DNA from: Octopus bimaculoides
Lineage: Eukaryota
Assembly (NCBI RefSeq): GCF_001194135.2
Contig: NC_068997.1
Location: 5,818,145 to 5,882,144, forward strand
Length of the DNA: 64,000 nucleotides
Direction: 5' to 3'
The notes beneath the pieces were generated by a model that was given only the letters and a program-made list of their open reading frames with translations, ran no database searches and was not told where the DNA came from. Position 1 is the first letter of the stretch; the number at the start of each line of letters is the position of its first letter. Positions 1 to 11,066 of this stretch are shown here, in pieces. Made by a program: the position numbers and the translations under genes.

Positions 1-130
1 TTCTGCTGAGGTCGACTTTGCCTTTAATCCTTTTGGGGTCAAATGAAGTACCAGTGAAACAGTGGGGTTGATGCAATTGACTACTCCCCTCCTTCAAAAT
101 TTCAGGCCTTGTGCTTAAGTAGAAAGGATT
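1..130 (+). mobile_element. SINE family A fragment (cut by window start)
   Basis: Same body as other copies (ttctgctgaggtcgactttgcctt...ggggttgatgcaattgact...aaatttcaggccttgtg) ending in (ATT)n. Confidence 0.8.
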
Positions 131-634
131 ATTATTATTGTAGTGACCTGGTAGAATCATTAGGGCATTGGAGGAAAACTATTTTGCAGTATTTGTTTGG
201 TTCTTTACATTGAGTTCAAATCTCATTGAAGGCAAGCTGAGGGCAAGGGTTGATCAAATTAAGTATCAGTCAAATACTGGGGGGTCATTCTAATCCACCA
301 ACCCCTTCCTTTTGAATTTTAAGCCCCTTACCGAACTATATTAGAAACACTTTATTGGTGAAGTGAAGAAATGGCAGAGATAGATATGTTGGACTACATA
401 CTTCATAGGAATTAGTTCTGTAGTTTTAAGGTTCACCTTTCTGGATGTTGTGGTAGTGCCAGTAGTTGAGTACCAGTTATGTACTGGAGAAATTTTTGTT
501 TTTGGCTTTGTTAAAAATAAAGGGGGCAGCATCCACAACCCTTTATGGAACTTCCATGAGTGATGTGAGAGAGAGGGGAAGGGGGGGGTTATGTTCAGAC
601 TAAAGATATGAACTTTGCTAAAGACACTTGAGGA

Positions 635-790
635 CCATGTGGTGGTGTTAAACTGGTTGAACCATGGTCCTGAACTTGGTAATGTATAGGCTATATAGTG
701 GTGTTAAACTGGGTGACCCAAAAGCCATGTGGTAGTCTTAAACTGGGTTACCCAATGTCCATGTGATAGTATTAGAGTGGGTGACAAATT
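635..790. repeat. Degenerate ~34-bp minisatellite
   Basis: Units ccatgtggtrgtnttaaactgggtkaccca start at 635, 691, 725, 759. Confidence 0.75.
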
Positions 791-1134
791 AAATCTACCC
801 CACCAAGAGCAGAACCGCTCCTTCTGATGGGTTCCCATGCAATTTCTATCTATCAAATCCTATTGTCAAGGTTTTGACCAACCCAAAGCTATGATAGAAG
901 ATACTTGCCCAAGATGCTATACAGTAGTATTGAACAAACTGTATAGTTATATAATGAATTTCTTAACTACATAGCCATGCCTGTACTCCAAATCAATTAA
1001 ATTGGTAGCACTAGTTCCCCACCATCACCTTCTGAAAAATGTTGGTCTTTGAGGTGAAAATTAATAATTATTTTTAGTATAATTAATATATTCCTTTGAG
1101 ATGAAAATTAGAAATGATTATTGATATAATTGGT

Positions 1135-1352
1135 AAGGCGGTGAGCTGGCATGATCATTAGCATGCTGGACAAAATGCTTAGCAGTATTTCTTCTGGCTT
1201 TTATTTTCTGAATTCAAATTCTGCTGAGGACAACTTTGCCTATCATTCTTCTGAAGAAATAAAATAAGTATCAGTTGAGCACTAGGGCCAGCATAATTGA
1301 CAAGCCCCCTCTCCCCAAATTTCAGGCCTTGTACCTAAAGTAGGAAGAATAT
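1135..1352 (+). mobile_element. SINE family A, near full length
   Basis: Head aaggcggtgagctggca, B-box-like GAATTCAAATTC, shared body and tail; more than 20 related copies in the window. Confidence 0.85.
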
Positions 1353-1828
1353 ATTGCTTTGACTGGGTTTCGATTTGAGGTGGGAGTGGTCAATATCATT
1401 TCACTTTAGTATTTCTTTTATTCTTTTGCAAGTATATATCTTTTGAAGTGTGGCCATACTAGGGTACTAATTTTCAGATACTTTCCTCCTTCCCTTCTAC
1501 CTGTCTTGGAGGTCCTGGAAAGGGTTACGGGTATGGCACTCCTTCTTGATTTAAAAATCAAAGTGTTTATAATTTTTTGCAGAGAAGTGGTATAGTCGAT
1601 TCTGTGAACTTCAGTACTTGACTGATCCTTTTATCAACCTGGATGGGCAAAAGAGGATTCAGACTTACTCAGCAACATTGCTATGGATTCTGCCTGTCAT
1701 TGATGATAGTGATAGCAATATTAATAATGATTATCATTTAATCACAATTATTAATAGTAATGATAATTATTATTGATAATCATAAATTGGCAATAGGTTT
1801 AAAGACTGTAAAAAAATATATTAACATA

Positions 1829-2249
1829 TCATAATAGTTTAATGTCCACTATTTCATGCTTGCATGGGTCAGATAGAATTCACTGAGGCAGATTTTCTAT
1901 GACCAGATGCCTTTCCTGTTACCAACCTGCACCTGTTTCCATACAAGGTAATAATTTCTCATGGCTAGACATGTTTTGCATGGAAAACTGGAAACAAATA
2001 TCGCTTGTATGATGGTGAGGCTTGTTTAAACCATCACATGATGTCAAGACTTGGGTACATATGTGTGCATGCACATACACACGTTTATGCCACAGGCTTC
2101 TTTCAGTTTTTGTCTAACAATCCACTCACATAGTTTTAGTTGGCTTAAGGCTATAATAGAAGACACTTGCCCAAAGTGCTGGGCAGTGGAACTGAACCCA
2201 AGACCGCATGGTTGGGAAGCAAGCTTTTCAACCACACAGCTATGCTTGT
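1829..2249 (-). mobile_element. tRNA/CORE-like SINE family B with RTE-type tail (B2)
   Basis: Minus strand: gctgtgtggtt..gggttcagttcc..ttgggcaagtgtcttct head, (TG)n hinge, tail ending gcatgaaatagtggacattaaac..atg as in RTE 3' ends. Confidence 0.8.
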
Positions 2250-2899
2250 ATTAAATTATTACAGAAATTAAAATAACATGAAAAGAAAAACAAAAAAATA
2301 TTAAAAAAAAAAAGCCAAACCAATCAAACCCCCACACTGTGTCGACAATTTTAGAATTTAGTATCTCCGATGGAATTCTTGGAAGATCAATGAGTTATAT
2401 CGTAATTGTAGTATGACTAGCATCGTCTGACAATCAATAAATAAGAAAACTTGGAAATGTGAGAGGAAGAAGAATTTAACATTGTTATAGAACTGGTTTT
2501 CTGTGAATGATAGGATTGATAGAGCGAAGACAGAACGCCTTGTGGTATTTGTTATTTCTTGTGTTGTGTTCTCATTTCAAACCCCTTCCTGTGTAAATAA
2601 AATAAAGAACCTGTCAACTATTAGTGGATGGAGTGGCAATATCAACTAAACCATAACTCTCTCCTACAATCTTGTGGGTTTATAAAAGAAATTTTTTTTT
2701 TTTTAGAAATAGCAATTTTATTAACACTGTATTAAATTGTTATTTGGCAATGATTCTGTGTGAGGATAGTTACAGGATGGGCAGGATGAAAAGTAAACTT
2801 GCTGTTGTGAAGATCTGAACTCAGTGCAAAGACCCAGAACAAATATAGCTAAGCATTTTCTCCCCCTAACATTCTAATGATTCTGCCTGCTCTTATTAA

Positions 2900-3120
2900 T
2901 AATGGTTTCTGATCTAGGCACAAGGCCTGCACTTTTAAGGGTTGGGAGTTAGTCGAATCTAATGATCACAAAACTCAACTAGCACTTTATTTTATCAACC
3001 CCAAAATGATGAAAGGCAAAGTTGGCCACAGTGTAATTTGAACTCAGAACACAATAAGCTGGAACAAATGCTGTTAGGCATTTTGTCTGATGCTCTAACA
3101 ATTGTGCCAGCTCACTGACT
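2900..3120 (-). mobile_element. SINE family A
   Basis: Reverse complement of family A from head (agtcagtgagctggcac) to tail. Confidence 0.8.
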
Positions 3121-3224
3121 TACAAATAATAATAATGATATCCTGTTTAATGCTAGTGATGCAAAAAAATACATTCAGTATTATTTACATTTGATGAATA
3201 TTTGTCCTCATCTTGTTTGTTGTT

Positions 3225-3270
3225 AACACAACGTTTCGGCTGATATACCCTCTGGCCTTCATCAGGTGTC
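3225..3270 (-). ncRNA. Minimal type I hammerhead ribozyme motif
   Basis: 5'-GACAC CUGAUGA A GGC-CAGAGGGUAUAUCA-GCC GAAAC GUU GUGUU-3': intact core, stem I GACAC/GUGUU, stem II GGC/GCC, palindromic stem III AACGUU. Confidence 0.75.
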
Positions 3271-3500
3271 TTGGGGGAAATTTTGAACCTGGGTTCTCAT
3301 TCCTAAGGTATTTTTTGATGTTATTATTATTATTCAGGTCACTGCTTGGAATCGAACTCAGAATGTTGGGGTTAGTAGCCAGCGCTCTTAACGCCAAGAT
3401 TCCAAGTTCAGTTCCAAGCAGTGACCTGAATAATAATAATAATAATAATAATATCAAAAAATACCTTAGGAATGAGAACCCAGGTTCGAAATTTCCCCAA

Positions 3501-3543
3501 GACACCTGATGAAGGCTTGAGGGTATATCAGCCGAAACGTGTT
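3501..3543 (+). ncRNA. Hammerhead motif, second arm (probably disabled)
   Basis: GACAC CUGAUGA A GGCUUGA-GGGUAUA-UCAGCC GAAAC GU GUU; 3-nt deletion relative to the other arm removes the cleavage-site and stem I register. Confidence 0.6.
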
Positions 3544-3809
3544 AACAAGAAACAAGATGAGGACAAATATTCATCTAATGTAAATAATGTACATAATTCT
3601 TCATCTCTTAAATATAGAACTGTACATTCAGTATATTCTGTAAAGTGGTTGGTGTTAGGAAGGACATCTAGTTAGAAGAATTATGCCAGAGTGGAATGTT
3701 AGAGTATAATGTAGATTCTGCAAACTGCAAAATAGAGTACTTGTTTAGAAAGCTAGCAGCAGAGAACTTCTCGTGGCATGGCACGGCTTTTCTTGTGACA
3801 GAGGCAGGT

Positions 3810-4035
3810 TTAACTCAAGCATTCACATTATTCTGTCAAAAGTAATGCTTATTTATTCACATGGTTTAAAATTAATCAGGCATTATTTTGTAGCTTTGAG
3901 ATTCAGATGAAGTAACTCTTAATTTTTAGAATGATATTGTAGTGTTGGTTTGAGAGGCTAGGTCTGGCCAGTTTGAATATAAAACAGGTAAAATATTTTG
4001 GCTGGATATGGCTGGTTTAAATGCTAAAGGGTTAA
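3810..4035. mobile_element. piggyBac-like MITE (TTAA-CCCTTTAGCATT termini)
   Basis: Right end aatgctaaagggttaa; degenerate left end ttaactcaagcatt; further copies at 22881-23089 and ~49830-50072. Confidence 0.7.
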
Positions 4036-4056
4036 ATATACTCAGTACATAATGGT

Positions 4057-4349
4057 GATAGAAGAGCATCCATTCAGAATAATGCATGTGTAGCCAAAAA
4101 TAATGCCAAGAATAATGCATGTGTAGCATGTAGACTCAGTAAATCACAAAATTGGTTACCTGTCTAGAAGGTTAGTAATATAGAGGGGAGAGTCTAGTCT
4201 TCAGTGCCAGCTCACATTGATGATAGCAAGAGCATCCACTTAGAGAAACTGTGCCAATAATGATGCATGTGTAGCATGTAGACACATTAAATCACAAATT
4301 TGGCTACTAGTCTTGGAGAGCAGTAATATAGAGGGGACAGTCTAGTCTT
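4057..4349. repeat. Local tandem duplication, ~150-165-bp unit
   Basis: gatag(c)aagagcatcca...gcatgtgtagcatgtagac...gtaatatagagggga.agtctagtctt occurs twice (from 4057 and 4222). Confidence 0.8.
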
Positions 4350-4439
4350 CCTGACATAGTACTGCTTCTCAAGTGTCTGGACTACTTGGCCATGCCTGAT
4401 TGTGAGTTCAGATCTTGTTCAGGATGCTCAATCATTGTC

Positions 4440-4630
4440 ATTGTTTGTTGTTGTTTTGCTACAAGTCAACCCTGATGAAACAGATTTATGACAAAATATA
4501 TTCCAACCATGATCATCCTGTCTATGTTGTTCAACATAGTGTGCTCCAGACTGCATTATTTACTGTGACCCTATTTCAAGACATTAGAGTGTAATTTACA
4601 GAGATTTGGCTGCTATTTCTAGCAGGTAAA
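4440..4630 (+). repeat. Unclassified interspersed repeat (family E)
   Basis: Ends gagatttggctgctatttctagc; related pieces at ~6825-7085, 26330-26500, 36620-36790, 46690-46740, 55925-56120. Confidence 0.65.
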
Positions 4631-5430
4631 TTAACACTATACTTCCTCTTCCTCATGTTGTATGTTTTCAGTTGCAGTCTCAATACTTCAGTAGCCTCTT
4701 TCTCTTCTAGTTTCTGGAAAAGTATTGGTGCATGGAGAGAGATGATAGTTTAGCTGATGATCATCTGGGAATGCTTACAGGAAATAGATTGTCATAGTGT
4801 GTGTGTGTGTGTGCGCGCGTGTGTGCAGTAAATTAGTATCTCCCATTAGATCAGTTCCTTCAGACTGAAGCTAAACACCAGCTCCTTATCAACCTGTTTG
4901 AGGTTACCGATAGAGTAACCTACATTTATTTATATCTGGTAGTCAGAATTCAGTTTGACGAGGGTGATGGTGATCACACACAAACACACATACACATGCA
5001 TATATATACACATATACATGAATACATACATGCATGTATATGTGCATGCACATGTGCATATATATACATACAGATCATTTTTCATGGTAAGAATTATTTT
5101 TACATACAATATGGAGCAATACAATTTGTTTTATTTATCTATAAACACCTCAACTGTGTGTATCTTAGTATCTTACTCATCTGTAATATATATTTTACAT
5201 CCATCTATACAAGCACTGTCAGTTAATATATTCTATATCTATAGTACAGTGTGTGTGTATATACATACATACATTCATTCATACATGCACACGTACACAC
5301 ACACACATAGTCCTGTCTCATTCTTATATGCTAAAACTTTAATCTTTCAAGCTACAATCTGAAGAAACTACTAAATGGCAAACCTGTTAATGTGTACCAT
5401 CTTTGTCATTGCTTTAATGTTCTACTTTAC

Positions 5431-5732
5431 CATTCTTGTAGGGTCTGATGGAATTTGTGGCATATTTTCTACAGCTGGATATCCTTCCTGCCACCTTTTC
5501 TAGTTTCAAGCAAGGTAATGTTTTTCCTATGGCTAGTCATGACAGTGATGCTCATTTACAATCACCACATGGTGTCAAGAAATGAACACACACTCACACA
5601 CATACACATATATGGTGGGTTCCTTTCAGTTTCTGTCTAACTTCACTCCAAGGCTTTGAGTAATTTGGAGCTAATGTAGAAGACACTTGCCCAAGACTAC
5701 ATGGTTGGGAAGCAAGCTTCTTAACCACATAG
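5431..5732 (-). mobile_element. SINE B2 (internally deleted)
   Basis: Minus-strand head and RTE-type tail pieces around (CA)n. Confidence 0.7.
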
Positions 5733-5885
5733 GACAAACAAACAAGAGAAACAGTACTCAATACATAAGAGTAAATACTTTTTATTTTTTTAATTAGCAG
5801 AAAGTTACAAAAGGACAGAGAGTTTCATGCATGCCACTTATGTATATGTATGTGTGTGTGTGTGTTTATGAATGTGTATAGACAC

Positions 5886-6030
5886 AAGCATAGAAATTGT
5901 TTCCCAACCATGTGATCTTGGGTTCAGTCTCACTATGCAGCACCTTGAGCAAGTGTCTTCTACTATAGCCTTGGGTTGACCAGTACCTTGTGAATGGATT
6001 TGGTACATGGAAACTGAAGGATGCCTGTCA

Positions 6031-6068
<38 letters not shown>

Positions 6069-6273
6069 TATGTGTAGCTTTATCTTAATATCACATGTTA
6101 GTTGTAAATGAGCAGTTATCTGTGAAAAAAATGCCTGACCACGGAAGTATTACCTTATTTGGAAACAAGTGAGGGTTGATGGCAGGAAGGGCATCTGGCT
6201 GTAGAAAAATCTGCCTCAACAAATTCTGTTTGACCCCTCCAAGCATGGAACAGTGGACACTAAAATGATGAAT

Positions 6274-6274
<1 letters not shown>
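5886..6274 (+). mobile_element. SINE B2
   Basis: Head ttcccaaccatgtgatcttgggttcagtctc..ttgagcaagtgtcttctactatagcc, (TG)n, tail ..gcatggaacagtggacactaaaatgatg. Confidence 0.8.
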
Positions 6275-6320
<46 letters not shown>

Positions 6321-7127
6321 CATGCATGACTGTGTGTATACATGTCCATAGCAGTTGTTAAAAAGTAATATTTAAATCTCTATTGTGTTGGACCTGATTC
6401 TAGTTGAGATTGATTGTGTAATCAATGTTGATGTTTATTTATGATAAAACAATGTTTAGTGAAAACATTCAGAGCTGTACAGCAATGAGAAACATTGGGC
6501 TTTTGTTATTTTGGGTTTGGTTCAGGAGTGAACTTGATTCTTTTCTACCTGTGTACCACCACCACCACCACCATTACTACTACTACTACCACCATCACTA
6601 TCAACACCATCACCATGACTACTGTCATCAACAGCAGCACCATTATCATCAGCATAATACCATAACACTCCAACTACCACCATCACACCACTGCTACTTC
6701 CACTATTTTCATGAACACCACCACAATAACAATGATACTATTATCACTAACCCACCACCACCTCCACCAGAAGAATATGAACAACAGCAGCAATTCACAC
6801 CATCAAACAGGCATAGGGGACTCTCAAATCACACCCTTCTGTCTTTCAAAATAAAGAAGGATGCATTATATAATGTAGTGCTGGGTATACATTGCCTGAA
6901 CAAAAAAAAATTATAGATGATAGACACTACTTGAATGCCTTTGATTTGAGCTGACCTGGGGCTAAGCAGCATTAGTAGTGTCACCATCATCACTACCAAT
7001 ATTACCAAATGAACTCTATTTCATTCAAATATTTAAAATTATAGGTTGCAATTTAAGGGAAATTTTTGCTGATATTTCTTGCAAGATGAGTAGAGATAGA
7101 CTGGATTATATATATATATATATATAT

Positions 7128-7171
<44 letters not shown>

Positions 7172-7925
7172 ACAATTTTTTTTCATAGACTCAATCTATT
7201 ATTTTGCTTGTGTGGAGACCCCAAAATCTTAAATGGACCATAGGCGTCATATGGTCTGTGGTTGAAAACCACTGGACTATATAGTATCATCTTCAACTAG
7301 ACTGGACAGTAGAGATAGTGTGGTATGTCCACAGTGTCACTGCATCACAGTTGACTGACTCATGTAGTATTGTCCTCAAATAGATTGGACAGTAGAGAGA
7401 CACTGTCTTGTTGTACTATGCTCAAACTGTACCAAGTCCTGACTATCACCTTGTACCATGGCAATTCACTACTGTGTGTCAAACTGTGTAATATTGTGAA
7501 CAAGACAAAAATTTGGCATACATGGAATAATAGACCTGTGGATCAACCCTAGTCATTCAGTCACCTGTCTATGTGACATTGGTCTGTGGTATCAGTCTAT
7601 GACATCGGTCTGCTAGATCACAGCTCACCCAGTGTTACACAACACTACTATGACCAGTACCACCTGTTACTTTATTGTTAAATACTAATGATTGGCAATG
7701 AAATGAATAATTAGTTTTTATCCGAATGTGTGTGTGTGTATGTGTGTGTTATAAAGTATATTTTGAAGCAGAATGGTTGTAACATTAAAGTATTTATGTA
7801 CTGACAAGTTGTGGACTTGATTATAGTATCAACATAATACTTATTCTAAATGAAAAACAAGAACAGGCCACATTCTGAATGAAAAACAATAACAACAAAA
7901 GTAGGCTACATTCCTTTACTTTAAG

Positions 7926-7950
7926 ACTGAATGGTTAGTGGCTTGGGGAG
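7926..7950 (+). CDS. Candidate small exon (TEWLVAWG), unverified
   Basis: Acceptor cattcctttactttaag, donor GAG|gtactc; only frame 0 is open. Confidence 0.25.
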
Positions 7951-8081
7951 GTACTCATTTATCCATAAAAGAAACCAATTCTGCTCCCACAAATCCATCA
8001 TCCCATTGTCAGATAAATTTATAAAACATTGATTTAAAATATCAAATGCACATACCTCCTTCTCTCTTTTCATAATTTCAG

Positions 8082-8115
8082 ATTCTTTTCACAAGCCCCT
8101 TTGTATGACATGTCA
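8082..8115 (+). CDS. Candidate small exon (DSFHKPLCMTC), unverified
   Basis: Strong acceptor cctccttctctcttttcataatttcag, donor TCA|gtatgt; phase compatible with 7926-7950. Confidence 0.3.
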
Positions 8116-8211
8116 GTATGTTGAACATCTGTTGTCTGTGACACAATTAGAAACAAGAATTGTTGTCTTTGAAGTTTGATATTCTTTGTTTGTTAGTGTT
8201 TTCATGTGCAG

Positions 8212-8225
8212 CAGATGCTCAAAAA
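8212..8225 (+). CDS. Candidate microexon (HRCSK when joined), unverified
   Basis: Acceptor gttttcatgtgcag (NAGNAG), donor AAA|gtaagt. Confidence 0.25.
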
Positions 8226-8689
8226 GTAAGTTTGCCTCTTACACCAACAAAAGCAGCATACATGAGGTTGCTTAACATCCTACAAAATAGCAGTTAAAAT
8301 CTTTCTTAAATCATACTCTCACCATTTGAAACCTGTTCTATGCCAACCCTGCAATAAGACTGCTTTATAGTTCTGCTCCCTGATTGTGTCTTTCCTGCAG
8401 GTATTGACCAGCAACAGTTTGAATGGAACATTAATAGCATTAACCACACCAGTCTCAGAGGGTCTTTTAGGCTTATAGGCACTGCTCCTTCCCCTAGACT
8501 CAACAACTAAAATGGAAATTAAAAAAAAAACAAGATCTCTCATTTCATCATTTGAACACACACACACACACACACAACACTGTTGACCTACCTAATCACC
8601 CAATACAGATACATGGCAAGGGGTCAGATTAGCAGATGCAAGTTATGGAAGCTCATTGTGTGTGTATGTGTACACACACACACACATAC

Positions 8690-8800
8690 AAGGATAATAG
8701 TGACTTTTGAAATTTTGTCGGACTTTGGCGAAACTTCAAAATTGTCATCTTGATTGTGTAAATACATTTGATCTTTAGTGAAATGTATTCACTTATCCTT
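8690..8800. repeat. Small foldback element with terminal inverted ends and two internal hairpins
   Basis: aaggataa..ttatcctt termini; ~21-bp imperfect inverted repeat 8701-8747; aatacattt/aaatgtatt at 8761-8789. Confidence 0.5.
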
Positions 8801-9201
8801 CAATAACTAAAACTAGCATAATACATATATATGCCCCCCCCCCACACACACGAGTGTGTGTATATATAATTTTTATGTTTACTTTTCATACTGGTATAGG
8901 TTAGATACTGCTCTCTTAGATGAATTGGAGGACTAAATCTAACTCTTAAATTCCATTTTTGGCATGGTTTTCTATGACTGGAGGACCTTCCCAACATCAC
9001 CCACTTTGCATGGTATTGTTGGGTACATTTTATCATGCTATCAGCACTAGAGAGGGTGTAATTTTCGTGACATAACTAAAAGTTTCTCTTGACCATATGT
9101 TGTCTCTGCTTGTAGGGTTATGAAGGCCTTTTAGCCTTGTTGAGGACATGACAGCTCTCCCTCCCTCTCTCCCCTGTCCCCCCTCCTTCTACTCCCCCCT
9201 A

Positions 9202-9233
<32 letters not shown>

Positions 9234-9390
9234 CACATATATCTTCTGCAACATATATTGAGCACTCCTTTTTCATTTGTACAATATTTAGCAGTGTATC
9301 AACAGAAGATATACATGCCAGCAAGAAAATAAGTATGTTGTGCAAAAATACAATACCTTTGTGGTATTTTTCTTTCTGTCTTACACACAT

Positions 9391-9799
9391 GGTGCAGGAG
9401 TGGCTGTGTGGTAAGTAGCTTGCTTACCAACCACATGGTTCTGGGTTCATTCCCACTGCATGGCACCTTGGGTAAGTGTCTTCTACTATAGCCTCGGGCC
9501 GACCAAAGCTTTGTGAGTGGATTTGGTAGACGGAAACTGAAAGAGGCCCGTTGTATATATGTATATATATGTATGTGTGTGTATAAGTTTGTGTGTCTGT
9601 GTTTGTACCCCTAACATCGCTTGACAACCGATGCTGGTGTGTTTACGTCTCCGTAACTTAGCGGTTCGGCAAAATAAACTGATAGAATAAGTACTAGGCT
9701 TCCAAAGAATAAGTCCTGGGGTCGATTTGCTCGACTAAAGGTGGTGCTCCAGCATGGCCGCAGTCAAATGACTGAAACAAGTAAAAGAGTTAAAGAGTA
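9391..9799 (+). mobile_element. Full-length tRNA/CORE-like SINE family B with tail type 1 (B1)
   Basis: A-box-like TGGCTGTGTGGTAAG, B-box-like GGGTTCATTCCC, ttgggtaagtgtcttctactatagcc, (TA/TG)n hinge, tail ending aaatgactgaaacaagtaaaagag; many CpGs retained. Confidence 0.9.
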
Positions 9800-10370
9800 A
9801 TTACTTTCTTGTTACTTTTACCATCAAAAACAATGCACCAGCAATTGGCCTGTTGGAAATCTATGACCAATGCCATGATGGTTCATAAATGCACATGGTA
9901 TAAAATAGTTATGATATTGATGGTGATGATGATGATGATGATGATGATGGTGATATAGCAGTGTTGATTGTCATATTGACAATGGTACTGATGGTGATGA
10001 CAATGATCCCTTAATAATCCTGTAGGAATTAATGTCTTTGATTAATGATAGTGGATTATTTCTTTTATCCCTCTTTACTGGATCATCTCATTGGAAATCT
10101 AAACTGTTGGTTGCATGTGTGTGTGCGTGTAGTGATTGTGGGTTCACATTAGTTTGAATTGCAATTAACTGAATAAACTAAAAATATTAAAAAAAGGACT
10201 CAATACTAAGGGGTGGAGTAAATTTACATTATTTATTATTCAGTGTTGGTAGTTGTTATGCAGTTTCTCCTTATCTATTCAGGCAACTCAGGAAATGAAA
10301 CTGACTAATGACTCATATAGATTCAACTTTAAATTATATATATCATAATGCAAGAGTTGTAAAATGTATT

Positions 10371-10585
10371 GGTTTCAAATTTTGGCACAAGGCCAGCAAT
10401 TTTGGGGGAGGGGTAAATCAATTACATCAACCCCCAGTGTTCAACTGGCACTTACTTTATCAAACCTGAAAGGATGAAAGGCAAAGTTGACCTCAGCAAA
10501 ATTTGCGCTCAGGACGTAAAAATAGATGAAATGCAGCTAAGCGTTTTATCCTGCCTGCTAATGGTTCTGCCAGCTTGCTATCCTA
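10371..10585 (-). mobile_element. SINE family A
   Basis: Full reverse-complement match to family A. Confidence 0.85.
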
Positions 10586-10963
10586 AAGTTGTAAAAATAT
10601 ATTTGACATAGTGCAAACATTATTTGATATAAAACTCAATGCATTCAGGAGAGTGAATAGATTTATTTATTATATCAAAAGTTCATAGTCTACTCTGAAT
10701 TTTACGCTGGTCTGGGTAGGTCACAACAGTCAAGAACAACCCAGCCCGAGGTGAAACGCCCTCTCTTTGTTTCTGTTTCTCTCTCTCTTTCGTTATGAGT
10801 GTGTATAGATATCAATGTTTGTTTTTACATCAAGTTGTTATAGAGACAGTTTAACATTAAGCTGAAAAATTTCACGAAACTTTTTTATAGAGTACATGTG
10901 TGTTAAACCTTTATAAGAAAACTTTGCAGTTTTGACCTGCTAGACTTTGGGATATATACATAC

Positions 10964-11002
<39 letters not shown>

Positions 11003-11012
11003 CACATACCCA

Positions 11013-11066
<54 letters not shown>

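Larger units (their letters stand above)
3182..3622. mobile_element. Palindromic (head-to-head) double copy of a tRNA-headed, hammerhead-carrying SINE
   Basis: Arms ~3182-3370 and ~3393-3588 are reverse complements with ~20-nt spacer. tRNA-like head GTTAAGAGCGC..GAGTTCGATTCC, then (AAT)n, then CTGATGA..GAAAC. Flanked by direct repeat TACATTCAGTAT (3170-3181, 3623-3634). Confidence 0.85.

Noticed and set aside
3185-3509. Mirror-image ORFs of 106 and 98 aa on opposite strands
   Set aside because: A by-product of the SINE palindrome and (AAT)n.
8082-8225. Alternative frame DMSQMLKK recalls Munc18 DLSQMLKK
   Set aside because: The preceding residues do not match, and the frame is incompatible with the upstream candidate exon.
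9391-9470. tRNA-like A/B boxes (also 3345-3392, 44072, 60549)
   Set aside because: These are SINE heads without a complete cloverleaf; not called as tRNA genes.
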